Below, one piece after another: positions 7,364 to 16,183 of a DNA stretch of 20,847 bases (position 1 is its first letter; every line of letters starts with the position of its first letter). A program made the position numbers and the translations under genes. Below the pieces are notes generated by a model. The model saw only the letters and a list, made by a program, of their open reading frames with translations. It was not told where the DNA came from and made no database searches. Source of the DNA: Promethearchaeia archaeon (GTDB lineage: Archaea; Asgardarchaeota; Lokiarchaeia; Sigyniarchaeales; SOKP01); the NCBI GenBank assembly GCA_029856155.1, contig JAHQWL010000077.1:1-20847 (forward strand), in the 5' to 3' direction.

Positions 7364-9634
7364 TTGAAGATAAAGAGCTATATATTCATAATTTCAATTA
7401 TAGTGGGTTTTATATTTGGTATAGTTATAAGTATAGATTTTTCCCATGCCCAAGAAAATGGAGAATCTCTAATAATTTCTTCAAATTTTCAGATGATCGA
7501 ATTTTCAGAGGATCATGGGACGATAGAAAATTCAACATCAGTGAATATTGATCTTCTATCTCCAAATTGGATATTAACAGAAATAGAACTTAATTTTACT
7601 AGTATTAGGATGAATTCTGAAATAAAGATAATTGAAGAAGAAGCAAGTGGTTTCGAAACTTTAAGAGGTAATTCTAATGAAATTTTAGGGATGCAAATAA
7701 ATATTACAGAACCTACGATTATTTATTCGATAGATATATTTGGCTATAAAGCGATTAAAACTACTACCCCAACACCTGTATATGTCCGAATAGAGGGATG
7801 GGATTCTATTGATAGAAGACCAAATGGAGTAACTTATAGTGTTCCCTTCATACTAAATATGACAGAAGGAACCCCTCAATGGAATAAACAAACATTTCAA
7901 TTTCCAGTCTATTTATCTTCAGGATTATATTGTTTAGTGCTTGATGGAACTGGGATAAGTTGGAATGATAAATACTACTGGTATATCAATAATGATAATC
8001 CAAGATCACAATTATCTATGTGTTGGTATGATGATAACTTAGGTGAATGGCATAATAGGACAGGAGATGTGTTTCTCCATAAGATAAAACAAAGAGTTAA
8101 TCGATCATATTTTCCTTCTAAAATTAACATGACTGCCGAAATTGGCAGCAATTCCTATACTATTATAGATGGAATTGAATTAGGATCCGGAAAGCTTTCT
8201 ATAGAAAGTCTTGATTTCTATACGGGGGGATCTATGATAAATATTTTCATTAAAAATAATTCATCTATTACTTTAGAATTGAATTTTAATTATCATGTTT
8301 CTCTTAAGCATATGATTTTCTCAGAAGGATCCGTATTATTAAGGGAAAATTTGGAAAATGAATGGACAGTCAATCCTGAATTTATAAGAGTATATTCAAA
8401 TTACTCGATAAAATTTTATTATCCAAAAAGTTGGTATAATATTACAATCTATAGAAATGGACTTGATGTTACAAACGATGTAGATCTTAATAACACTGAC
8501 AACTTTATTTTTATTTCAAATAACACTTTAAAAGAGGGAGAAATCTGGTTAATATCTGCATATTCTCCTAACATTGATTTTACATTAAATATAGGAAAGA
8601 CGGGATATGAACCATTGCAAAATTTGAAATTCTCCGTTAATGCACCCGTTATTCAAGGTAAAATAACTTATATATTGATGGATTCCTTAGGTTTTGAAGA
8701 ATTTAAGGAAACAAAACAGGTTACTTCTCAAGAAACGTTATTTTGTTGTAATATATCTGCAAAGCCAGTTACGGGAATATATAAAGCTTACTTATTCTGG
8801 TATAATAACACTGATGGAGGTGTTAAAACTCAAGAATTTTTAATTAGTGTTCCTTTTACAATACCACTCGAAATGGTTTTAGATATTATTTTACTTGTGA
8901 CTATTATTTTAGGAGGGAGTATTTCGGGTTATGTCTTAGTAAAAAGAAAAAGAAGGATTAACGCCGAACGTCAACAAAAAATAATCAATAAATTCATAGA
9001 TGCCTTAAATCTACACTATTTTATTCTTTCTGATAAAAATTCTGGACTAACAGTTTATGAACAATTCTTTACAGGTAAATATGTAGATAGTTCTTTAATA
9101 TCTGGATTCTTACAGGCCGTACGAGCTTTTGGAATAGAATTAACACATGCTAACATAGAAACTCAAAGTGTCAAATTGGAATATCAGAATTCAAAGATTT
9201 TAATGTCAGATTATAAAGACTCTAGAATTATTCTGATTATGGAGGAAAATCCTTCTCAAGACTTTATAGATTCAATAAATGCTTTGTCATTTGATCTCGA
9301 AGAAAAATTTGGACACTTATTTGAAGATTTTGATGGAGATATTACTCAATTCTGTGAAATAAAAGGTTTACTCGATCTTCATCTTCACACTTCCTTAATC
9401 TACCCTTTAAAAGTCATAACACAAAATAAAAAAATTACTTCAGACGAACAAATAATTATAAATCGAGCCTTAAAAATAATGAAAGAAAAAAATACAGATC
9501 ATTTCTTTGTATCGTCCCTATATGATAAACAGAAAGAATTTCAATTAAATGATGCTGAAGCAATTCTAAATTTAATTGAAAAAAGAATATTTCAACCTAT
9601 AAATAAAGACTTTAACTTAATTAAAAAAAACTAG
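7364..9634 (+). CDS. Membrane receptor-like protein: N-terminal signal/anchor, beta-rich ectodomain, TM helix, cytoplasmic longin-like domain and possible winged-helix tail
   Basis: Hydrophobic N-terminus; more than a dozen N-x-S/T sequons before the TM; TM (VLDIILLVTIILGGSISGYVLV) followed by KRKRR; longin pattern LHYFILSDKNSGLTVYEQFF...DSSLISGFLQAVRAFG...FEDFDGDITQF. TTG start. Confidence 0.85.
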   Translation: MKIKSYIFIISIIVGFIFGIVISIDFSHAQENGESLIISSNFQMIEFSEDHGTIENSTSVNIDLLSPNWILTEIELNFTSIRMNSEIKIIEEEASGFETLRGNSNEILGMQINITEPTIIYSIDIFGYKAIKTTTPTPVYVRIEGWDSIDRRPNGVTYSVPFILNMTEGTPQWNKQTFQFPVYLSSGLYCLVLDGTGISWNDKYYWYINNDNPRSQLSMCWYDDNLGEWHNRTGDVFLHKIKQRVNRSYFPSKINMTAEIGSNSYTIIDGIELGSGKLSIESLDFYTGGSMINIFIKNNSSITLELNFNYHVSLKHMIFSEGSVLLRENLENEWTVNPEFIRVYSNYSIKFYYPKSWYNITIYRNGLDVTNDVDLNNTDNFIFISNNTLKEGEIWLISAYSPNIDFTLNIGKTGYEPLQNLKFSVNAPVIQGKITYILMDSLGFEEFKETKQVTSQETLFCCNISAKPVTGIYKAYLFWYNNTDGGVKTQEFLISVPFTIPLEMVLDIILLVTIILGGSISGYVLVKRKRRINAERQQKIINKFIDALNLHYFILSDKNSGLTVYEQFFTGKYVDSSLISGFLQAVRAFGIELTHANIETQSVKLEYQNSKILMSDYKDSRIILIMEENPSQDFIDSINALSFDLEEKFGHLFEDFDGDITQFCEIKGLLDLHLHTSLIYPLKVITQNKKITSDEQIIINRALKIMKEKNTDHFFVSSLYDKQKEFQLNDAEAILNLIEKRIFQPINKDFNLIKKN

Positions 9635-10832
9635 CTTCAGAAACAGGAGATTGAATCCTAATTTTCTGTTGACTATTATCTTCCAATACTGAAATTAATG
9701 CAGTAATATTTTGCTTTGATTTATAAAAGATTTCTTTCTCTTCACCCTTTTTCCAAGTATTAAAACCAGTTAATTGTGAAGCAGTTTCGAATAACCCTTC
9801 TTGCAACCCTGAAATCACCACAGTTACTCCTTTTAAATCATTTTTAGAAATGTTTTTTATTTTCATTATGTACTTCTCAATATCAGAATCAATGGATAAT
9901 ACTTTATAGATCTTCTGGAATTTTGAAATCCCATCAAATAAGGAAGATGCGACAGCAGAACTTTCCGAAAATAAATCTACACCAACTTTTTCCTCAGAAA
10001 TTGGTCCTGTAGAAATTGTTATTGGTATTTCAAGTTTTATTGGTTCTAATCCATACTCTGGTTTTTTCTTTCCAATGATTAGTAAACTCCACTTAGTATA
10101 CGCTCCGTACCTAAACCCAAATTGTTCTTTCTCAGAGGGTGACCATAAATAATTATGACTTGGTTCTGCAACTTCTGGAACCTTTAAAAGTAAAAAATCT
10201 TTCTCAAAATTCTGTGTTCGAACATCTCCTGCAATTGCAGGAGGAAGTTCCTCGACTTTACGACAATTCTGACCATATGCTTCACAATAACAAACCAAAT
10301 TTGCATTCTGAAGAAGTCTTATTTCTAATTGTTTAAGTTCATTTGAAGAATAACCGATTTTAATAGTTTCTCCTGGCTTAAAAATATCTTTTGTTAAAAG
10401 AATGTTTAAACCCGAAATTGAAAATGAGATTGGTTTTGGGGATTTTGCTTGAAATCCAGAATTTCTTGCTTTAATCTCAATATCATGAGTTTTATTAATT
10501 ACTAAATCATCTTCAGGATTAATTGGATTAGGCTGTCTTAAATTTAATTTTAGAGTATAATTTAGATTTCTATTCTTTATTGTAGGGACAAAGTTAGTTT
10601 TAATTAAGAGAGATTTTTCACGAACATATTCACCTGGTTCAAATTTGCCTTTACTAAATATTTCCTCTTTTGAAATTTGAAGTTCTTTAGCACAAGGAGG
10701 ATTAGTAATTAATTGAATTCCACTCCAAAAAATTTCAGCCTCTTTTTCAAAATTGTACTTTGTTCGAACGTTTAACTTATCCCCGATAAAGACAGAACCA
10801 TTATTTAAATCCTTTAACTCTAATTTTACCAA
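9621..10832 (-). CDS. Arrestin-fold (alpha-arrestin/Vps26-like) protein with extra C-terminal Ig-like domain
   Basis: N-domain pattern GKFEPGEY...NFVPT...LNYTLKLNL; C-domain pattern ILLTKDIFKPGETIKI...LEIRLLQ...LKVPEVAEPS...KWSLLI...IKLEIPITIST, resembling arrestin_N/arrestin_C consensus. Overlaps the convergent gene by 14 nt. Confidence 0.7.
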   Translation of the reverse strand: MVKLELKDLNNGSVFIGDKLNVRTKYNFEKEAEIFWSGIQLITNPPCAKELQISKEEIFSKGKFEPGEYVREKSLLIKTNFVPTIKNRNLNYTLKLNLRQPNPINPEDDLVINKTHDIEIKARNSGFQAKSPKPISFSISGLNILLTKDIFKPGETIKIGYSSNELKQLEIRLLQNANLVCYCEAYGQNCRKVEELPPAIAGDVRTQNFEKDFLLLKVPEVAEPSHNYLWSPSEKEQFGFRYGAYTKWSLLIIGKKKPEYGLEPIKLEIPITISTGPISEEKVGVDLFSESSAVASSLFDGISKFQKIYKVLSIDSDIEKYIMKIKNISKNDLKGVTVVISGLQEGLFETASQLTGFNTWKKGEEKEIFYKSKQNITALISVLEDNSQQKIRIQSPVSEASFF

Positions 10833-11065
10833 GACTAAACAGATTGATGATGTTTCATTCTATTAATTTTATAAAAAGATAGAATTTTATAAAAACTTTT
10901 TATTATTAGATAAGAAATATGGAAATAACCAATCTCTCTTTTTATAGATAATTCATTATTTAAGAATGTCAACTTTTTTATTTGAATTAAGAATCTAAAT
11001 AAAAAATAATTTGAATCACTTTTAATTATACCATTTAAGATTAAATATCATATTAGATTACAGTT

Positions 11066-11782
11066 ATGAATAACAGTTTGGATGAAAAAATCAAAGCAAT
11101 TCTGTTTGATTTAGATGGAACACTATTAGATATAGATTTAGATAAATTTATATCTAATTATTTAAAATTATTAGCCCAAAGTGTAGCCCATATCGTATCG
11201 TCAAGAAAATTTATTTCAAAAATACAAAAAGCATCTAGAGCTGTGGAAGAGAATAAGGGATACACCACCAATGAAGAAGTATATGCTAATGTATTTTTTC
11301 CATTGGAGGGGTATACTCGTGAAACAATTGAACCATTTTTTGATAAATTTTATGAACAAGATTTTTCCAAACTCCGTCAATACACTCGAAAGAAACCTGA
11401 AGCAAGATATGTTGTTCAAACTGCTTTCGATAAGGGTTATGATGTTGTTATTGCTACAACACCTATACTTCCGGCAACTGCAATCGAACAACGCTTAGAA
11501 TGGGCAGGTGTAGCCGATTTTCCTTACCGTCTAATTACCACGATCGAGAATAGTAATGCTACCAAATCTTTAACACACTTGCTTTATTACGAGCAAATCT
11601 TAGATAAAATTGGATACCCAGCGAATGCTTGTTTAATGGTAGGAGATGATGAAAAGGACATGATTGCTGCCCGTCTTGATATACAAACTTTTTTCATTGA
11701 AGGTAAAAAAACAGAATTTGCTAATCATATTCCAGAGCCCAAATATAGAGGGTCTTTAGCTGACTTAAAACCTTTACTTTAA
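11066..11782 (+). CDS. HAD-superfamily hydrolase (phosphatase)
   Basis: Motif I ILFDLDGTLL, motif II VIATT, motif IV MVGDDEKD. Confidence 0.92.
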   Translation: MNNSLDEKIKAILFDLDGTLLDIDLDKFISNYLKLLAQSVAHIVSSRKFISKIQKASRAVEENKGYTTNEEVYANVFFPLEGYTRETIEPFFDKFYEQDFSKLRQYTRKKPEARYVVQTAFDKGYDVVIATTPILPATAIEQRLEWAGVADFPYRLITTIENSNATKSLTHLLYYEQILDKIGYPANACLMVGDDEKDMIAARLDIQTFFIEGKKTEFANHIPEPKYRGSLADLKPLL

Positions 11783-11797
11783 TAATGTTGGGTTAGA

Positions 11798-11968
11798 TTA
11801 AGTTTTTTTCCATGTATAAGCTAACTTACTCATATTATAGATGGGTGGTGGAGGATCCTCAATTAACAATTTTCCAAGACATTTTGCACACAAATAAACT
11901 TCTTTGTTCTTATCCGTGAAAAAACACATGTACAAATTCTCTTGATGAAGGCATCCTTCGCACCTCAT
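11798..11968 (-). CDS. 56-aa CxxC...CxxC zinc-finger microprotein with PPPPIY motif (not in the ORF track)
   Basis: Manual translation: MRCEGCLHQENLYMCFFTDKNKEVYLCAKCLGKLLIEDPPPPIYNMSKLAYTWKKT*. Strong archaeal SD AGGTGA just upstream of the ATG. Fills an otherwise empty gap and is more GC-rich than the flanking intergenic DNA. Confidence 0.8.
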   Translation of the reverse strand: MRCEGCLHQENLYMCFFTDKNKEVYLCAKCLGKLLIEDPPPPIYNMSKLAYTWKKT

Positions 11969-12177
11969 AATTCACCTTACATTCTCTTACACAAGAATAA
12001 AAATATTATTATTAAATTCTCAATAATCAAATATTCTAAATTTTATATTAAATTTTGTTAATTAAAAGATAAGATTAAATACAAAATCGATTATACTTTT
12101 CATTAAAAAATAAAAAAAATTTTCATCTCTTCAACTTTTCCATTCATTTTACGACTTTTTTAAAAGGATGTTATCGA

Positions 12178-13026
12178 ATGCATGAACTTATATTTTTCAG
12201 TATGTTTTTATTAGTTTTGATAAGATTAATAGGATTTATTGTCTCTGTGAATTTTTATTATGAATCAAAATCTAATACATACATTTATTTCACTACTGGG
12301 TGGTTTTGTTGGGTTACAGCAGGAATTGTTGCCTTAATTTCTGCAATTACTAATAATCAAATACAAGAAAGCTTTTTTCTTTTAATGAATTATATTATCG
12401 GACCCATAGCAATATTTTTATTAGGATCTGGACTAAGCTCCTATTATATTAAAATTTCTTCCAATAAAATTAAATTACTCTCTGTGTTATTAATAGCTTT
12501 TCCAATAATTCTTAATTTTTCTCTGGGACTAGTTCCTGTTGCGTTATATGCCCGGATATCTCAGTTTCTTGGAATTATTACAATCTTCTTATTACCTTTT
12601 TTAAGGTATAACTCCTTTAAGAAAAGAATTGGGAAAAGCATTAAATGGTACTATCTAACTTGCTTTTCAATAATTCTCTATATACCTTTAGCAATTTTAA
12701 GTATGATAACTTCTATATACTCTGGTTCATTCCAGAGTCAAGATATTACCATAATCATTGGAGCTTATACTTCTATCATTATAATGACTATTTTAGTTAT
12801 AGCTTTTATAATTCATTTAGAATACACTATAACCAGTGAACAAGAGAAACAGTTGAAAGATAAGTATTCTCACGACTTAGGAAATATTATGCAGGTAATT
12901 TATAGTTCTGCTGATCTTTTTAAAAGAATTGGCAAGGAAGAGAATATTGAGAATGATAAATTGGATTTAATAGAAAAAAAATGTAAAGAAGCAGCTAAAT
13001 TAATAGACGAAATAAGAAACCTCTAA
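12178..13026 (+). CDS. 7TM membrane sensor with HisKA (DHp) domain but no HATPase domain
   Basis: Seven hydrophobic segments followed by the H-box YSHDLGNIMQVIYSSADL and a second DHp helix. The protein ends there and the next gene starts after a 26-nt gap. Confidence 0.82.
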   Translation: MHELIFFSMFLLVLIRLIGFIVSVNFYYESKSNTYIYFTTGWFCWVTAGIVALISAITNNQIQESFFLLMNYIIGPIAIFLLGSGLSSYYIKISSNKIKLLSVLLIAFPIILNFSLGLVPVALYARISQFLGIITIFLLPFLRYNSFKKRIGKSIKWYYLTCFSIILYIPLAILSMITSIYSGSFQSQDITIIIGAYTSIIIMTILVIAFIIHLEYTITSEQEKQLKDKYSHDLGNIMQVIYSSADLFKRIGKEENIENDKLDLIEKKCKEAAKLIDEIRNL

Positions 13027-13052
13027 ATAATTTATAAGATAAAAATCTATAG

Positions 13053-13424
13053 ATGATTATCATAGTCAATATCTTAATAGTTGATGATGATGTGGACATT
13101 GTTAACCTTTTCGAGCAATTCTTAAAGTTCAAAGGTCATACCATAGTTGCTAAAGCTTCTAATGGTGAGGAAGCGTTAGAAATTTATAAAAATTTTAAAA
13201 ACACTCCAGACATAATTATAATGGATCACAGAATGCCTTTGAAAAATGGATTGGAGACAACAAAAGAAATTTTAGCAATTAATCCTGATTGTAAGATTAT
13301 TTTTGTAAGTGCGGATTATAGTGTCAGAGAAAAGGCTTTAGAAATGGGAGTAATTGAATTTTTAGAAAAACCTATAGATTTTAGCACTTTATTTAATATA
13401 ATTGAGAAATACAATCATAATTAA
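13053..13424 (+). CDS. Stand-alone CheY-like response regulator receiver
   Basis: ILIVDDD acidic pocket, PDIIIMDHRMPLKNG (phosphoacceptor Asp), FVSA, FLEKP. Confidence 0.95.
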   Translation: MIIIVNILIVDDDVDIVNLFEQFLKFKGHTIVAKASNGEEALEIYKNFKNTPDIIIMDHRMPLKNGLETTKEILAINPDCKIIFVSADYSVREKALEMGVIEFLEKPIDFSTLFNIIEKYNHN

Positions 13425-13445
13425 CAAAAATTCTCTAAAAATTTG

Positions 13446-14033
13446 TTATTTACTATATCTTCTAATAATTTCATCATACCTAAAACAAGAAATTATGTGA
13501 TCATTAACCATCCCAACTGCCTGCATAAAAGCATAACAAATAGTAGGTCCAATAAACTTGAACCCTCTTTTTTTCAAATCCTTGCTCATTTGTTCTGATT
13601 CCTCAGTTTTAGAGGGTAATTCTGAAAGTTCTTTGAATTTATTATCAATTGTTTTATAATTAACAAATTTCCAGATGTATTTATCAAATGATCTGAACTC
13701 TTTTTGAACCTTTATTAAAGCTCTCGCATTTGCAATTACAGCTTCAATTTTCCCTCTATTTCTTATTATGCCTTCATTATTCATTAACTTCTCAATATTT
13801 AGCTCATTATATTTCGCAATTTTATTGTAATCAAAATTATCAAATGCATTTCTGAAATTCTCACGTTTCCGCAATATTGTATTCCAACTTAAACCCGCTT
13901 GAGCACCTTCCAATATTAAAAATTCAAAAAGAAGCCGATCATCATGAATAGGAGTGCCCCATTCAAGATCATGATAAGAAATCATTTGCTTGTCGTTTCC
14001 TACCCATGCACACCGGTTTACCATTCTAATCAA
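13446..14033 (-). CDS. tag: DNA-3-methyladenine glycosylase I (probable start ATG at 14024)
   Basis: RCAW, YHDLEWG, LFEFLILEGAQAGLSW, IIRNRGKI, GFKFIGPTICYAFMQAVGMVNDH...C. Confidence 0.97.
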   Translation of the reverse strand: MIRMVNRCAWVGNDKQMISYHDLEWGTPIHDDRLLFEFLILEGAQAGLSWNTILRKRENFRNAFDNFDYNKIAKYNELNIEKLMNNEGIIRNRGKIEAVIANARALIKVQKEFRSFDKYIWKFVNYKTIDNKFKELSELPSKTEESEQMSKDLKKRGFKFIGPTICYAFMQAVGMVNDHIISCFRYDEIIRRYSK

Positions 14034-14122
14034 GTCTTTATATTAAAATTAAGTATTTAATTATAAGAATTGAATAATTTCATTAGAATAAATAAAAATA
14101 AAAGATAAAAATAACTCCATTT

Positions 14123-15010
14123 TTATTGATAAGCTTTAGAGGCGTTTTTTGTAATTGCATCTAGCACTTTTGGCCAAACTTCTAATGGTAAACTATGGCC
14201 CATTCCTTTTATAAGGATTAATTCGGCTCCAAGTATTGTCTCTGCAGTATCTTTTCCCCCTTCACATGGAACTAGAGGATCAGCTTCTCCATGGATTACA
14301 AGTGTGGGGGCTCTTACAGATGTTAAAGCCTGCTTACGATTACCACTTGCTAATATTGCTGCTAATTGACGTGAATAGCCCGCTCGATAATTCGAACGAT
14401 CATATGAAGCCGTAACCAATCTACGTGCTCTATCCTCATCAAAAGGAATGCCTGTACCGTGAACTATACGCATACTGTTCACACCATACTCAATAATTGC
14501 TTCACGTCCTGTGGGTAAAGGTTGAATTAACACTTTCATTGCCTCTGGTGATGGACGGGGCAAATCGGGATTACCTGTACTGCTCATAATAGAAGTAAAA
14601 GATAAAACACGAGAAGGATGTCTATACGCAACAACCTGGGCAATCATTCCTCCCATCGATGCCCCACAGATATGAGCTTTATCAATATTAATTGCAGTTA
14701 AAAGTCCAACAGCATCATCAGCCATATCATTTAATGTATAAAACGCTTCAATTTTTTCTCCTTTTGATACTTTCATATATAATTTCATAAGATCTGGTTC
14801 ACCTGCTTCATCGAATTTAGTGGACAACCCAACATCTCGATTATCGAATCGGATCACGTAAAACCCGCGTTCTACAAGCTTATTGCAAAATTCTACATCC
14901 CAATTGATCATTTGTGCCCCAAGTCCCATAATTAATAATAATGGTTTTGACGAGGGTTCACCAAATGTATCATACTCAATTTCAATATTACTAACCTTAG
15001 CCTTAGACAT
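14123..15010 (-). CDS. Alpha/beta hydrolase (esterase family)
   Basis: LLIMGLG, FDNRDVGLS, nucleophile elbow GASMGG, acid HGEADPLVP, catalytic His in GMGH. Confidence 0.95.
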   Translation of the reverse strand: MSKAKVSNIEIEYDTFGEPSSKPLLLIMGLGAQMINWDVEFCNKLVERGFYVIRFDNRDVGLSTKFDEAGEPDLMKLYMKVSKGEKIEAFYTLNDMADDAVGLLTAINIDKAHICGASMGGMIAQVVAYRHPSRVLSFTSIMSSTGNPDLPRPSPEAMKVLIQPLPTGREAIIEYGVNSMRIVHGTGIPFDEDRARRLVTASYDRSNYRAGYSRQLAAILASGNRKQALTSVRAPTLVIHGEADPLVPCEGGKDTAETILGAELILIKGMGHSLPLEVWPKVLDAITKNASKAYQ

Positions 15011-15196
15011 TATCTTATTCCTCTTATTTTAAATATAATTTAATTTAGTATCTATATACTTTTATAAGTATTAAATTATATCAAATTTAATAGTTCTAAA
15101 CTTATTTATTTCTTTTTTTTAATTCTGATGATTCTATACTAATTTTGGAATTAAAAAAAGATATGAAGAAAATAATATTTATTATTATTTTAAAGA

Positions 15197-16105
15197 TTAA
15201 TCCGTATGTGCGGATATAATCAAATCAGCAAAAAGCTTCATGTCATTTAACAGCATATTTAATTTATCTTGGGATTCCCTATCCAATTCTCCTGATTTCA
15301 TTACCAACACAGAAATGATGTATTTAAAAATATGAAGCTCAATTTCCTTTCCATCAGCATCTCGACCACCAAACTTTGCAGAATCTGCCATAAAAATATT
15401 TTCCCGCACTGTATTACACGCATTAATAAAATCTCTTAAATCTCCCCTCAATGTTAATCCACTACTGACACCTTGAACATTATGAACGATGACATTACCT
15501 GAAATATCAGCGATAATGACTTTAGCTTTAATTTCATCAAGCTGCTTCTCAGCTTTTTCTACATGTGCTTTTAAATCAGCATATTCTGAAATTAAAACAT
15601 CTCTGAATACCTTTGCTAATTTGTCTTCCTCATAAATACTTGTGAGCATATAATCAAAATCATAATCTTTAAAAATATCTAGGAAAAGATTCTTTGCGTT
15701 TTTAACGTTTGTATCAAGTAGCTCTTTCTGAAAATTTTCAGTATCATACTTATGAAGGAACAAGAAAACCTTTGGTTTTTCATTCATCTTACGATAAATA
15801 TCCAATAGATTTATAAAATAATCCTTTGCTTCTTGAAATGTATTTGGGTCATGTAAATCGACTATAGGTATAAGAATATCTGTTCCACGAAAGACTTCTG
15901 GCTTTTCAGTATACTCTTTTCGAAATTCCTCTTGCCCTCCAAAATCAAAGATTCCAACTTGTAAACCAAGGAAGGGATGTCTTCTTGTTTCATAAAGAAT
16001 TGTTGGCGCAAGACCTTTTGTCTCTTCTGGCCGTTTTGCAGCAAAAGCAACAGAATAAACGCTTGTTTTTCCACATCCACTTAGTCCAACTAAACTAATT
16101 TTCAT
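15197..16105 (-). CDS. Rag/Gtr1-like GTPase with probable C-terminal roadblock domain
   Basis: GLSGCGKTS...F...ETKGLAPTI..E.....FLG......FDFGGQ; His-type G4 HKYD and G5 TSIY are Rag-family hallmarks. ~120-aa C-terminal domain starting KVIIADISGNVI. Confidence 0.88.
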   Translation of the reverse strand: MKISLVGLSGCGKTSVYSVAFAAKRPEETKGLAPTILYETRRHPFLGLQVGIFDFGGQEEFRKEYTEKPEVFRGTDILIPIVDLHDPNTFQEAKDYFINLLDIYRKMNEKPKVFLFLHKYDTENFQKELLDTNVKNAKNLFLDIFKDYDFDYMLTSIYEEDKLAKVFRDVLISEYADLKAHVEKAEKQLDEIKAKVIIADISGNVIVHNVQGVSSGLTLRGDLRDFINACNTVRENIFMADSAKFGGRDADGKEIELHIFKYIISVLVMKSGELDRESQDKLNMLLNDMKLFADLIISAHTD

Positions 16106-16183
16106 TTTTGACTTTCCTTTTTTTATTGGTTTTTATAATAATTTATTTCATTTAACTTTTTTAATAAAATTTGATTTAGATTG

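Noticed and set aside
7327-7551. 74-aa ORF overlapping the receptor start
   Set aside because: Alternative frame of 7364-9634, which has its own coherent signal sequence.
10139-12839. Short nested ORFs (10139-10336, 11216-11491, 11271-11498, 12645-12839)
   Set aside because: All lie inside longer genes with recognisable domains and have no motifs.
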